The notes beneath the pieces are model-generated. The model was not told the DNA's origin. It made no database searches and saw only the letters and a program-made list of their open reading frames with translations. Position numbers and translations under genes: made by a program. Shown here piece by piece: positions 1 through 8,607 of a DNA stretch of 38,082 nt. The DNA is from a virus (lineage: Duplodnaviria; Caudoviricetes). The DNA lies in the IMG/VR virus record IMGVR_UViG_3300042321_000119, positions 1 through 38,082 of that record; one strand, 5' to 3'. How positions within the stretch are numbered: the first letter of the stretch is position 1; every line of letters starts with the position of its first letter.

Positions 1-684
1 GGTCGTTGTTGATGTCGTACTGACGAACAACGCGCATGGAGACACCGTTGTGGACCTGACGCGAAGCCATGTCAACGCCCTGCGGGAGCAGGAGGTCAGC
101 CGTGGCAAACGCAATCGCGTCGCGGTGGTACACGAGGTTCTGCGGGTACTGGCTCGAAGCGCCACCCAAGAACGTCACAGCCGCGCCAGACTGCGGGAAC
201 GAGTCCACCGTGGCAAGAGCGTTGCCAGAGGTGTAGATCGCCGGAGCAATCTTCACAGCAGCATACGCACCGCCTGCGGCAGCCACGTCTTCCGTCACCA
301 CGAACTGCTGGAGCGAGCCAGTCGATTCGCGGGTCTGCGGGTTGACAGCAAACACGTTCGCAATCGTGAACACGTCGCCCTTCCGCATGGTCTGCGTGCC
401 AGTGCCGGTGATGGCAATGGTCGAAGTTCCCTGAGCCGTAACGGTCGTGGTCACGGTGTGAGCGCCCGTGCGGGTGCCGGTCGTGAACTGCTTGATCGAC
501 TGCGACATGGCAAGTTCGTCGTAACCGAGGATGCCCTCGCCCATCAAGCCGCTCTTGAACTGCTTGCTGATCGTGGACACCGGGTTAAACAAGCCCTTCA
601 TTCCTTCCACGAGCGCGGCGTTAGCAGCCGGGTTCACGGTGGCGTAGCGGGGCGACATGCCAGCGGCGGCTTCGTTCAACTTCT
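1..684. repeat. Imperfect terminal direct repeat, left copy (matches 37399-38082)
   Basis: Colinear with no net indel. First 127 nt identical, then synonymous changes and three blocks of amino-acid changes. Confidence 0.95.
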
Positions 685-1129
685 GCTGCGCCTGCAACAG
701 AACGAGCGAGGTGCCCGGAGTCGTGCCCGGAGTACCAACCGACTGGTAGATGCTGTTGAACGAATTGGCAACGTCAGCGTCGATGCTGGAGGCCAACTGA
801 CTGATACGCGGCTTCAGCACGCGCTCGGCAAAGTCGTCCAACTGCATCGTCATTTCGGCGGTCGTAAAGTTGACGCCGATGTGCTTCTGCGAAGCAACCG
901 TCAAGGTCGTGAACTGCTCGTTGTCGTCCTGAACTTGCAGGGCGGCACCGTCCGTCACAAGGGCGCGGTCCGGCAGACGGATACGCAGCGTGGTGCCGAT
1001 CTTGGCGCCTTCGACAGCGTACGAGTCGTCGTACTGGCGGTTAACGTTACGGGTGATTACAAGGTTGTTCTCAAGAATTTCGAGAGCCTTTCTCGTAATC
1101 ATGTCAATAGTAAGAAGTGTATTAGCCAC
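1..1129 (-). CDS. Major capsid protein, P22 coat-like (allele A; runs off the window start and continues through the terminal overlap; about 401 aa in full)
   Basis: Translated by hand: GTG at 1129 after a GGAGA RBS gives MANTLLTIDMITRKALEILENNLVITRNVNRQYDDSYAVEGAKIGTTLRIRLPDR..., in frame with the C-terminal half at 37322-38082. Follows the scaffold gene. Confidence 0.93.
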   Translation of the reverse strand, partial: MANTLLTIDMITRKALEILENNLVITRNVNRQYDDSYAVEGAKIGTTLRIRLPDRALVTDGAALQVQDDNEQFTTLTVASQKHIGVNFTTAEMTMQLDDFAERVLKPRISQLASSIDADVANSFNSIYQSVGTPGTTPGTSLVLLQAQQKLNEAAAGMSPRYATVNPAANAALVEGMKGLFNPVSTISKQFKSGLMGEGILGYDELAMSQSIKQFTTGTRTGAHTVTTTVTAQGTSTIAITGTGTQTMRKGDVFTIANVFAVNPQTRESTGSLQQFVVTEDVAAAGGAYAAVKIAPAIYTSGNALATVDSFPQSGAAVTFLGGASSQYPQNLVYHRDAIAFATADLLLPQGVDMASRQVHNGVSMRVVRQYDINND

Positions 1130-1150
1130 GAAAGTGTCTCCAAAAAGATG

Positions 1151-1933
1151 TTAGCGGTTACGCGCTTCCCACTGCTTAATCTGTCGCTGACGCTCGCGCT
1201 CGATCCACTCTGACGCACTCATGGCCGCAATGGACCGTGGGTCTGTCGTGTCGTAGACCGGAGCGCCAGTGCCTTTTGCCGTGACAGGCTTAATAGGCGG
1301 GGGCGCACTGGTAGTCTTCTTAACCGGGGCGGGACTGTCGGCCATTTTGGCCTCAATCTTCCCGATTTCCTTAGCCTGAAGGAACTGCGGTAAGCGGGAA
1401 ATGCGCTCGGCTTCCTTCGGATTAGACCCCAGAAAGTAGGCTATATCTGGCCCCAATTCTGACGCCTGAATCGTCTGTGCCATCACAGTCGTGATCGGCA
1501 GCGAGTTGTTGTACGCGACTTGCTCGAAGTCGTCGTACTTGTCACGCGCCGCTTCTTCACGCTCGTGATACGCCTCTAAGAGAGCCATCTGCTCCCGCTC
1601 TGCTTCGCGTCGGGCGAGGAGTTCCGTTGCTTTGCGTTCGGCCAGAGCCTCGGCATAAGCCTCGGGGTCTTCGTCTCTGCTAGGCAGTGCGGCTGGCTCA
1701 ACCGGGGTCGATTGCGCCTTTAGCACCTGCTCTCTTTCCCAACTCTTACGCGCTTTCCTTAGTCTTTTATCAATGACTTTATCCAAATCATCTTGTGTAA
1801 AGAGTTTTGGTTCAGTCTTCTCCGGCTCCGCTACCTCGGGGGTAGCATCTACGGTTTCCGGGACTGCCGTAGCCTCGGGTTCCGACACGGCCTCTGCCGC
1901 TACAACTTCAGGGACTTGGTTTTCGTCCGACAT
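1151..1933 (-). CDS. Capsid scaffolding protein
   Basis: Acidic low-complexity N-terminus, FTQDDLDKVIDKRL motif, coiled coil, GPDIAYFLGSNP, C-terminal MSASEWIERERQR helix. Directly upstream of the capsid gene. Confidence 0.85.
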   Translation of the reverse strand: MSDENQVPEVVAAEAVSEPEATAVPETVDATPEVAEPEKTEPKLFTQDDLDKVIDKRLRKARKSWEREQVLKAQSTPVEPAALPSRDEDPEAYAEALAERKATELLARREAEREQMALLEAYHEREEAARDKYDDFEQVAYNNSLPITTVMAQTIQASELGPDIAYFLGSNPKEAERISRLPQFLQAKEIGKIEAKMADSPAPVKKTTSAPPPIKPVTAKGTGAPVYDTTDPRSIAAMSASEWIERERQRQIKQWEARNR

Positions 1934-1949
1934 AAACTTCCTTACGGAA

Positions 1950-2007
1950 ACCTGATGAAACGCATCAGTACGGTAAAACTTTAACTTACTAGTTGCTCAG
2001 GCGCAAC
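1950..2007 (-). promoter_or_regulatory. Putative scaffold/capsid promoter with overlapping palindromic box and 5' leader hairpin
   Basis: Minus strand TTGCGC(2006-2001)-17 bp-TAAAGT(1983-1978); GTTGC-N6-GCAAC at 1992-2007; hairpin CTGATG-aaacg-CATCAG at 1952-1968. Confidence 0.5.
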
Positions 2008-2009
2008 AG

Positions 2010-4028
2010 TTATGCCCGCATGTAGGTAATTTGCACGCTCCAAACGTCGTTTGTGGTCAAAGCCACTGGCGAACCGCTGGTAGCAAATGTTCCGTTATCT
2101 ACTTGCATGGTAATGACGTTGTTGCCGCCATCAATTTCAGACCAGCCGTATCTAAAATTCGGGCCAGCGCTATCGTCAGTAATGCGCCAAGTGCCAAAAT
2201 ACTGGGCTACTCGCGGATCGCTTAACGCAACCGATGGCAAATCCAACTGAAGATTGCCACCAGCGCCAAACGAAGTCGTTGAGCCAACAAAAAGATAGGC
2301 GTTAAGAGTCACCTGTTTTTCGTTAATGTTGACAAATCCAACAGAAACTCCATTTCCTACAGTAATTGGCGTACCAGAAACCTTCCAGACCGGCGTAAAG
2401 TCACGATTCTCGTAATACCCGTATCGGTTGGTTACGGTAGTGCCGACTGTTTCCGCATAGTTGGCTACCGTCATTCCACGATAGTTCTGCGGCTTGACGT
2501 TTAAGTTGGTAATCAGCGCATCAAGGCGGATGCCGAATGACTGAGTTGGAACCGCTTGCTCGTCAATAAACGAGTTGGAACCAATGAACAGATTGTCATA
2601 AGCACTTGTAGTGCCGCCGACAGAAATGCCTTGCGAGAACGCAAACCCGGTTGAGGGAAGGCAATTTACAAAGTTGTTTTCGGTGATTTCAACAGCGCCC
2701 ATTCCGTTGATTGCGCTGGTGGTCAGCACCACGCCAAACGTCCAACCGTTGGCGTAGTTGTTCTTAACAACGATGTTCTTGTGCTTTTGTCCGGCAGCCG
2801 CAGCCTGCGACGCCACGTTAAGAAACGCGGACGCCTTGTTAGTGCCGATTTTGGTGGCAATATTGTTGGAAATTTGCACATCAGAAATCCCATAAAACGG
2901 GGCAATCTGAAAGGCAACCTTTAAGTCAGGGACAAGTCCAGTTGGAACAGTATCGTCTAGCCCAACCGTGTTGCCATCAATTAACACCTTCTTAATCAGA
3001 GACTCTGCGGCAGAGAATCGGAAGAAATCGATGGCAGCAAAGTTAATTGGAGAGAAAGTGTTATTGGCAATAACAATGTTGTCTGCGTCGGAAGTCAAAT
3101 TCGACGCAACCCACATACCTTGGAAATAGTTTTCAACAAGGTTGTTTGTAAAACGATGGTTTGCACCATGAATTTCATAAGCAACAAACGTCCCACTGTT
3201 TCCGGTAAATCCATTTGGGAACATTGTGTCAGCAGTAAAGGTATTGCCATCGCAAACAACATCGTTTGCCCAGCCGAAAATACTACTGTGATCGTCGCTA
3301 TCGAGACCGTTATTCTTGAATAAGCAACCTCTGACAGTCCAATTCTGGCCGAGCGTCACACCCGGAATATTGCTTTGAGCCATGCCAATGCAAGTGACGC
3401 CAGCGGTATTTAAAAACTGGCAATTCTCAACTCGACAGTTGTCGATTCTTGCGGCGACTCCGCTAAATGTTCCCGTCACATGGATCATCGCTTGGGTATA
3501 ACGACGGAATGACGCCGGAGCCAACGGACTGATGCGGTTATTAACGCCGTTCATGTCCATTGTTAGGCCGTAGAACGAGACGTTAGAAAGCGGCACATTC
3601 GTAAAGAACAATGCCAGTCGTTTCGGAGCGGCTAACGTCGAGCAGTTGTTAGCCAACTTAATGGTTGCGCCAACGTCGCCCCACAGCGACATGCCAGAAC
3701 GCATGATGAAGGCGCAGGTCATTTGCCCTTCGCCCAGCGGCGTGCCTTCCCAGTCCTTTAGCGTAGCCGGGGTAACAAGATACGTACCGGCAGGAAAGTA
3801 AATGGTGCGGCCAGTAGAAGACACCGCGTCAATTGCGTTTTGGATGGCTTGGGTGTCGTTAGCGACGCCATCACCTACCGCGCCATAGTTTTTAACGTTG
3901 ACGAAGTTGGCGCTTAATTCCGAAACCGTCGTGCGTTTGGTCACGCCGCCTTGGTTTAGCGGAATAACCTCCGTCCCGGTAAGCGGGGTGGTTGCAGCAG
4001 GCAGTTGCGAAATCTTAATGGTAGACAT
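2010..4028 (-). CDS. Tailspike / beta-helix depolymerase (pectate lyase 3-like)
   Basis: NVKNYGAVGDGVANDTQAIQNAID...IYFPAGTYLV motif and Asn-rich beta-helix repeats; N-terminal KISQLPAATT module. Confidence 0.85.
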   Translation of the reverse strand: MSTIKISQLPAATTPLTGTEVIPLNQGGVTKRTTVSELSANFVNVKNYGAVGDGVANDTQAIQNAIDAVSSTGRTIYFPAGTYLVTPATLKDWEGTPLGEGQMTCAFIMRSGMSLWGDVGATIKLANNCSTLAAPKRLALFFTNVPLSNVSFYGLTMDMNGVNNRISPLAPASFRRYTQAMIHVTGTFSGVAARIDNCRVENCQFLNTAGVTCIGMAQSNIPGVTLGQNWTVRGCLFKNNGLDSDDHSSIFGWANDVVCDGNTFTADTMFPNGFTGNSGTFVAYEIHGANHRFTNNLVENYFQGMWVASNLTSDADNIVIANNTFSPINFAAIDFFRFSAAESLIKKVLIDGNTVGLDDTVPTGLVPDLKVAFQIAPFYGISDVQISNNIATKIGTNKASAFLNVASQAAAAGQKHKNIVVKNNYANGWTFGVVLTTSAINGMGAVEITENNFVNCLPSTGFAFSQGISVGGTTSAYDNLFIGSNSFIDEQAVPTQSFGIRLDALITNLNVKPQNYRGMTVANYAETVGTTVTNRYGYYENRDFTPVWKVSGTPITVGNGVSVGFVNINEKQVTLNAYLFVGSTTSFGAGGNLQLDLPSVALSDPRVAQYFGTWRITDDSAGPNFRYGWSEIDGGNNVITMQVDNGTFATSGSPVALTTNDVWSVQITYMRA

Positions 4029-4031
4029 GTC

Positions 4032-4307
4032 TTACTCCACCCAAGGCAGCGGTTTAGCGGCAACAACCGGCACATCCGGCGCCACGCCATCCACATCCTT
4101 CTCAACGAATCCCTTGTCCACTTGCGCCCAGACCCAACCAAGAACTTTGTCCTCGGTCAGATCGGCATATTGCACGAACGGCACACCCGGAGGGCCAAGC
4201 GTCAGTTTGCCGCGCATGGTGTTGTTGCCGTAGCAAGCCCATGCCACAGCCGTTACAACGTCGTTGTCCGGCGTGACGTACAAACCCTCGACCTTCCAGT
4301 TAGCCAT
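4032..4307 (-). CDS. Small conserved phage protein, probable fibre/spike accessory factor
   Basis: FVQYADLTEDKVLGWVW...PLPW pattern typical of small genes beside tail fibres; coupled to neighbours. Confidence 0.6.
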   Translation of the reverse strand: MANWKVEGLYVTPDNDVVTAVAWACYGNNTMRGKLTLGPPGVPFVQYADLTEDKVLGWVWAQVDKGFVEKDVDGVAPDVPVVAAKPLPWVE

Positions 4308-4675
4308 TAGACCGGCGCTCCCTCAACTTCCGTCCACGCCTGCGCGGCCTCGTCCCATGAGTACATTTTGCCGTCAGTCGGCATCGGAACCGGAGCCTGC
4401 CATTGGGCGTTGGCGTCCAGCGTCCATGACGGGTACGGCTGCGGCGCTACGAAAGCGTCAATGTCAGCGCGGTAGGTGTAGCCGACGCCTGCGTAGTTTT
4501 TGCGGATGTTGCCGTGATAACTGGTTTGCTTCCAGTTACCGCCAAGCAACTTCTGGCAAAACGCCACGCCGATGCTCTCCACCTCTGCGCCGTTGGCGTC
4601 AGCGGTGTCGGAGTTGGCTACGACGATGACCCGCAGCACAACATTGTTTGAATCAAGTTCAGCAAAATGAGCCAT
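4307..4675 (-). CDS. Conserved phage protein associated with Gly-rich fibres (possible assembly chaperone)
   Basis: MAHFAELDSNNVVLRVIVV...WKQTSY...RKNYAGVGYTY...PQPYPSWTLD...YSWDE; GGAG RBS. Confidence 0.65.
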   Translation of the reverse strand: MAHFAELDSNNVVLRVIVVANSDTADANGAEVESIGVAFCQKLLGGNWKQTSYHGNIRKNYAGVGYTYRADIDAFVAPQPYPSWTLDANAQWQAPVPMPTDGKMYSWDEAAQAWTEVEGAPV

Positions 4676-4679
4676 TGTC

Positions 4680-5282
4680 TTACTCCTTCAAATGCAATGC
4701 GGTCAGGCTGCTTTCGTCTCCAACGTAGCCAGCCGGAAAAGTGTTAAACGCCAAAGACACACGATCATCGCCCTGCACGGTTTCGACCATGTGCGTGAGG
4801 CTTGACGGGAACAGCATCAAATCGCCAGCGCCAACCTCAAACCACCACGAATCGCTGTTGTATAGATTGTAGTTGTCGGTCGGCAGTTTGATCTGCTGGT
4901 AGCCGTCTTTGTAAAAGTAAATCTTGTCCCGCTCACGAGAAGCCTTGAGGTACAGCACCCCAGACACAAACGAATTGGGATGCGCGTGTTTGTGGTGGTA
5001 CTGACCGGCCTTGGTGTAGTTCAGCCACGATTGCGTCAGGCGCAGCGTAACGTCGTGTTTCGGCGCATAGATAGAGCGCAGATACTCGTTGACGCTGGCC
5101 TCGGCAAACGCCTTGAGGCTTGCCATCGTGTCGTGACGCAACACATAGCGGTCATCGCTTGTCGTGTTGCCCATGTTGCTATGCGTCGGCTGTTCGTTCA
5201 CAAACGCCATTTCCTCGGCGGTGTAGTCCCGTCCAAGTTCAAACTTGGCGACAGCCGTAGGAAAGAGGTTGTATGTAATCAC
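4680..5282 (-). CDS. Putative 2OG-Fe(II) oxygenase (TIGR02466-like)
   Basis: SWLN...HxH(HAH)PNSFVSGVLYL...LMLFPSSLTH.V...RVSLAFN motifs. Confidence 0.85.
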   Translation of the reverse strand: MITYNLFPTAVAKFELGRDYTAEEMAFVNEQPTHSNMGNTTSDDRYVLRHDTMASLKAFAEASVNEYLRSIYAPKHDVTLRLTQSWLNYTKAGQYHHKHAHPNSFVSGVLYLKASRERDKIYFYKDGYQQIKLPTDNYNLYNSDSWWFEVGAGDLMLFPSSLTHMVETVQGDDRVSLAFNTFPAGYVGDESSLTALHLKE

Positions 5283-5527
5283 GCAACCGCCTTTTCAATC
5301 TGGGCAACGTAGTCGTCAAACGCAGCCTGCTGCTCGGGCAACAGGATCGTCGGCACCGCGTCCTCAAGTTCCTTGATCTTTTCAATCGTGAACATGATTT
5401 CGTCCCACGACGGCTTGGGTCGCGGATCTTCCCAACGGGTGATCTCGCGGTTGCTGATCTCCCATTTTGCGCCGGGGCGAAGCAAGTGCATCGCCGTATC
5501 AATGCCCATGAGTTGATAGGTTTTCAT
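5279..5527 (-). CDS. XkdW-like small tail-fibre accessory protein (82 aa)
   Basis: ATG at 5527 overlaps the upstream stop (ATGA); LRPGAKWEI...WEDPRPKPSWDEI motif. Confidence 0.65.
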   Translation of the reverse strand: MKTYQLMGIDTAMHLLRPGAKWEISNREITRWEDPRPKPSWDEIMFTIEKIKELEDAVPTILLPEQQAAFDDYVAQIEKAVA

Positions 5528-7884
5528 GTAAAGTTGACCTTGAGAATTACGATACCGGAGCCGCCTGCGCCGCCTGCAGCAGAAGTTCCACCTCCGCCAC
5601 CACCGCCTGTGTTGGCCGTGCCAGCATTTGCAGGAGCCGAACTTACGCCGTCTCCGCCGCCGCCAGCGCCGCCGGTTCCGTTGGTGTACGGGGCGGCCCA
5701 ACGTCCACCACCGCCGCCTCCGGCATAAGTTACAGAGCCGCCAGAAATGCTTGAGGCTGTGCCTGCGCCGCCATTACCGGCTGTAGACCCGCTTGCTGCT
5801 GATCCAACAGCAGAAGCGCCACCACCACCGCCTCCGGGAGGATTGGCATCAGCAGCGCCATTTCCGCCGTTTGAGCCTTGGGAAGGACTAGTGCTTGGGG
5901 TATTTCCAGTTCCGCCAGTTCCAGCAACGCTTGGGAATCCACCCGCGCCGCCGCCACCAGAGCCGCCGTTATTACCATTACCGCCGTTATAGTTTCCGCC
6001 TTTGCCGCCACCAGTAGATGTAATGGTGCTAAATACGGAATCGCTGCCGCTAGAACCGCTAGAGCCGCCGCCGCCAACCGTGATCGTGTAGTCGGTGCCT
6101 GCGGTAATAGATAAACCCGTGCCTGTGCGGAATCCGCCTGCGCCGCCACCGCCTGCGCCACCGTTTGAGGTATTTCCACCAATTCCGCCGGAACCACCCC
6201 CCGCAACAACGAGGTAGTCAACGCTCACCGCACCCGCTGGTGCAGTCCACTTCTGCGATGACTTGAAGGTGAAGATTGTGGCAGAGCCGATGTCGTACTT
6301 GAGGATGACGATGCCGGAGCCGCCTGCGCCGCCGGTTTGACTTGAACTGGTAAAGCCGCCGCTGCCACCGCCGCCGCCGGTATTTGCGGTTCCTGCGGTT
6401 CCAGTTGAGGTCATGCTTCCAGCGCCACCGCCTCCTGATCCACCTGTTCCAGCCGTGCCACCAGTCTGACCGCCGCCACCGCCGCCTCCAGCGTAAGTTA
6501 CGCTAGAGCCAGAAATGCTAGACGCCGTACCAGCGCCACCGTTGCCGCCAGTAGTTGCTGTTCCTGTTGCCCCGGTAGCAGATGCGCCGCCGCCACCGCC
6601 ACCGCCAAAGTTTGGTTGCGCTCCATTTCCTGCGCCACCGTTAGAACCTTGAGATGGCGAAGTGCTTGGGGTGTTGCCTGTGCCGCCAGCGCCGCCGGGA
6701 TACGGAGGTGCAGGGCCGCCTGCGGTATACGAGCCGCCTCCTCCTGATCCACCATTCGCGCCAGATGAATTTGGAGCCGAGTTGTATGACCCGCCGCCAC
6801 CACCGCCAGTTGAGGTAATGGTGCTGAATACGGAATCATTGCCGCTTGAACCGCGAGTATTTATTGTCGCAGTTCCGTTACCACCACCACCAACGGTAAT
6901 GGTGTAATCAGTTCCGGCAGTTACAGATAACCCTGTTCCAGTACGGAAACCACCTGCGCCACCACCGCCGCCAAGAGTTCCACCACCGCCGCCACCCGCG
7001 ACGACAAGGTACTCCACCGCGCTAACACCGCTCGGGCAAGTCCATGTGCCGGTAGAAGTGAACGTGGCTACGACAGATTGGACGGGGACAGAGTATTTGA
7101 GAATGACGATGCCAGAGCCGCCAGAATTTCCCGTTGTTTGGCCGCCGCCGCCACCACCACCGCCTGTATTAGCAGTTCCAGCACTACCTAATGATCCCGT
7201 TGGGTCGTATTTTCCGCCGTTACCGCCGCCGCCTGAACCACCCGTTCCGCGTGTATCTGCGTCGCGGAATGTAGAGCCGCCGCCTCCGCCAGAATAAGTT
7301 GCGGAACTGCCAGAAATAGACGATGCCGTTCCTGCGCCACCGTTACCGCCAACAGCCGCGCTTGCAGTTGCGCCAACCGCAGAAGCGCCACCACCACCGC
7401 CGCCTGAATAAGATGTTCCGTTGCTTGCGCCGTTTCCACCATTACTTCCTTGGCTTGGCGAAGTTGAAGGTGTATTGCCTGCGCCGCCATTACTAGTCCA
7501 ACCGCCACCACCGCCTGAACCGCCTGACGACCCCGCAACTGACGATTCGGCGCCACCGCCACCTCCGGCAGAGGTGATACTGCTAAATGATGAATTAGAA
7601 CCGCTTACCCCATTCGGCCCTATTGCAACAGTTCCAGTACCGCCGCCGCCGACTGTGATGGTGTAATCAGTTCCAGCAGTAACAGAAAACCCTGTTCCCG
7701 TGCGGAAACCGCCTGCACCACCACCGCCATATCTACCACCGCCGCCACCACCAGCGACGACAAGATATTCAACTTGCGTCACGCCGGTCGGGGCAGTCCA
7801 GTTACCCGATGCGGTGAAAATCTTGTATTCGGTAAACCCTGCTGATACTCGCGCAGCAAGGAGCAAACTCATGATGCCGCTCAT
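5524..7884 (-). CDS. Glycine-rich adhesin with three tandem Gly-rich domains
   Basis: Three copies of WTxPxGxxxVxYLVVAGGG...GAGGFRTGTG...TDYTITVGGGG...GNTPSTSPSQGSNGG...ANTGGGGG...GSGIVILK. Confidence 0.85.
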   Translation of the reverse strand: MSGIMSLLLAARVSAGFTEYKIFTASGNWTAPTGVTQVEYLVVAGGGGGGRYGGGGAGGFRTGTGFSVTAGTDYTITVGGGGTGTVAIGPNGVSGSNSSFSSITSAGGGGGAESSVAGSSGGSGGGGGWTSNGGAGNTPSTSPSQGSNGGNGASNGTSYSGGGGGGASAVGATASAAVGGNGGAGTASSISGSSATYSGGGGGSTFRDADTRGTGGSGGGGNGGKYDPTGSLGSAGTANTGGGGGGGGQTTGNSGGSGIVILKYSVPVQSVVATFTSTGTWTCPSGVSAVEYLVVAGGGGGGTLGGGGGAGGFRTGTGLSVTAGTDYTITVGGGGNGTATINTRGSSGNDSVFSTITSTGGGGGGSYNSAPNSSGANGGSGGGGSYTAGGPAPPYPGGAGGTGNTPSTSPSQGSNGGAGNGAQPNFGGGGGGGASATGATGTATTGGNGGAGTASSISGSSVTYAGGGGGGGQTGGTAGTGGSGGGGAGSMTSTGTAGTANTGGGGGSGGFTSSSQTGGAGGSGIVILKYDIGSATIFTFKSSQKWTAPAGAVSVDYLVVAGGGSGGIGGNTSNGGAGGGGAGGFRTGTGLSITAGTDYTITVGGGGSSGSSGSDSVFSTITSTGGGKGGNYNGGNGNNGGSGGGGAGGFPSVAGTGGTGNTPSTSPSQGSNGGNGAADANPPGGGGGGASAVGSAASGSTAGNGGAGTASSISGGSVTYAGGGGGGRWAAPYTNGTGGAGGGGDGVSSAPANAGTANTGGGGGGGTSAAGGAGGSGIVILKVNFT

Positions 7885-7887
7885 GAC

Positions 7888-8604
7888 TTAACTCACGTTG
7901 CCGTTAATAACGCAAACCGTACCTGATAAGAACAGTATTGTCGCCACGCCTCTTGTAGCCAATGACACGGTCGCCTTGTCTGCATCCGTACCCGCGATGT
8001 ACGCCGTCGTAATCGTGCAAGTAATCGTGATAGCGCCCGAGGTGTTGTTGAAGATAGACACCACATCGCCAGCCGCAAACGTGGCATCGGGAATCGTGAT
8101 GGAGCCAGAAGCGCCCACCTCGATAAACTTACCCACATCGCCGGTAGCGAGCGAATAAGAAGTCGTTTTAGCCGATCCCGACTGCGGTACGTTGCGGAAA
8201 CCAACGCTGAAGTTCTCATCCGGCAGCGTCACGGTACGCGCAGCAGACGGACCGCTGAACGTAATGACTTGGCTAAATACCGGCACCGTCGTGTTGGCAT
8301 CCGGCAGCGTCATCGTGCGGCTAGCAGAGAGCGTCGTCGGGGTCAGCGTGACGGCATACGAACTCGTACCGCCTGCGCGACCAGCCAGTACCACCGCGTC
8401 CTGCGTAGCAGCAGCCTCAGAGCGCACCGCACTTGCAGCGCGGAACGTCTGGGCAGCGGTAAAGGTATTTGCCGTGCCGGTGACAAGACCGAGCAAGTTA
8501 GTGCCGGTCAGTTTGTAGTTAGCGCCGGAGCGAGCAATGACGTATTCGTCTCCTGCTTGCGCCGGGGCGCCAGATGCTAATGCACTAATCTTTGTGTCGG
8601 CCAT
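7888..8604 (-). CDS. Short tail/head fibre protein
   Basis: N-terminal MADTKISAL module, RTxTLPD repeats, and a C-terminal domain (VGFRNVPQ...TSYSLATGDVGK) similar to that of 32296-33096. Confidence 0.75.
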   Translation of the reverse strand: MADTKISALASGAPAQAGDEYVIARSGANYKLTGTNLLGLVTGTANTFTAAQTFRAASAVRSEAAATQDAVVLAGRAGGTSSYAVTLTPTTLSASRTMTLPDANTTVPVFSQVITFSGPSAARTVTLPDENFSVGFRNVPQSGSAKTTSYSLATGDVGKFIEVGASGSITIPDATFAAGDVVSIFNNTSGAITITCTITTAYIAGTDADKATVSLATRGVATILFLSGTVCVINGNVS

Positions 8605-8607
8605 GAT

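Noticed and set aside
1-684. Diverged repeat pair as a DGR template/variable repeat
   Set aside because: No reverse transcriptase in the genome; differences are not adenine-specific, and many are synonymous.
50-1213. 387-aa plus-strand ORF
   Set aside because: Antisense shadow of the capsid gene, which the ORF track missed because it runs off the window edge.
1950-1970. CTGATGA as a hammerhead ribozyme core
   Set aside because: GAAA overlaps the CTGATGA with no stem II; a simple hairpin explains the sequence.
5528-5701. Arg-rich N-terminal extension of ORF 5279-5701
   Set aside because: Alternate frame of the Gly-rich gene; the ATG at 5527 with ATGA coupling is the better start.
5486-7891. 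Many Pro-rich plus-strand ORFs
   Set aside because: Reverse-complement artefacts of Gly codon runs.
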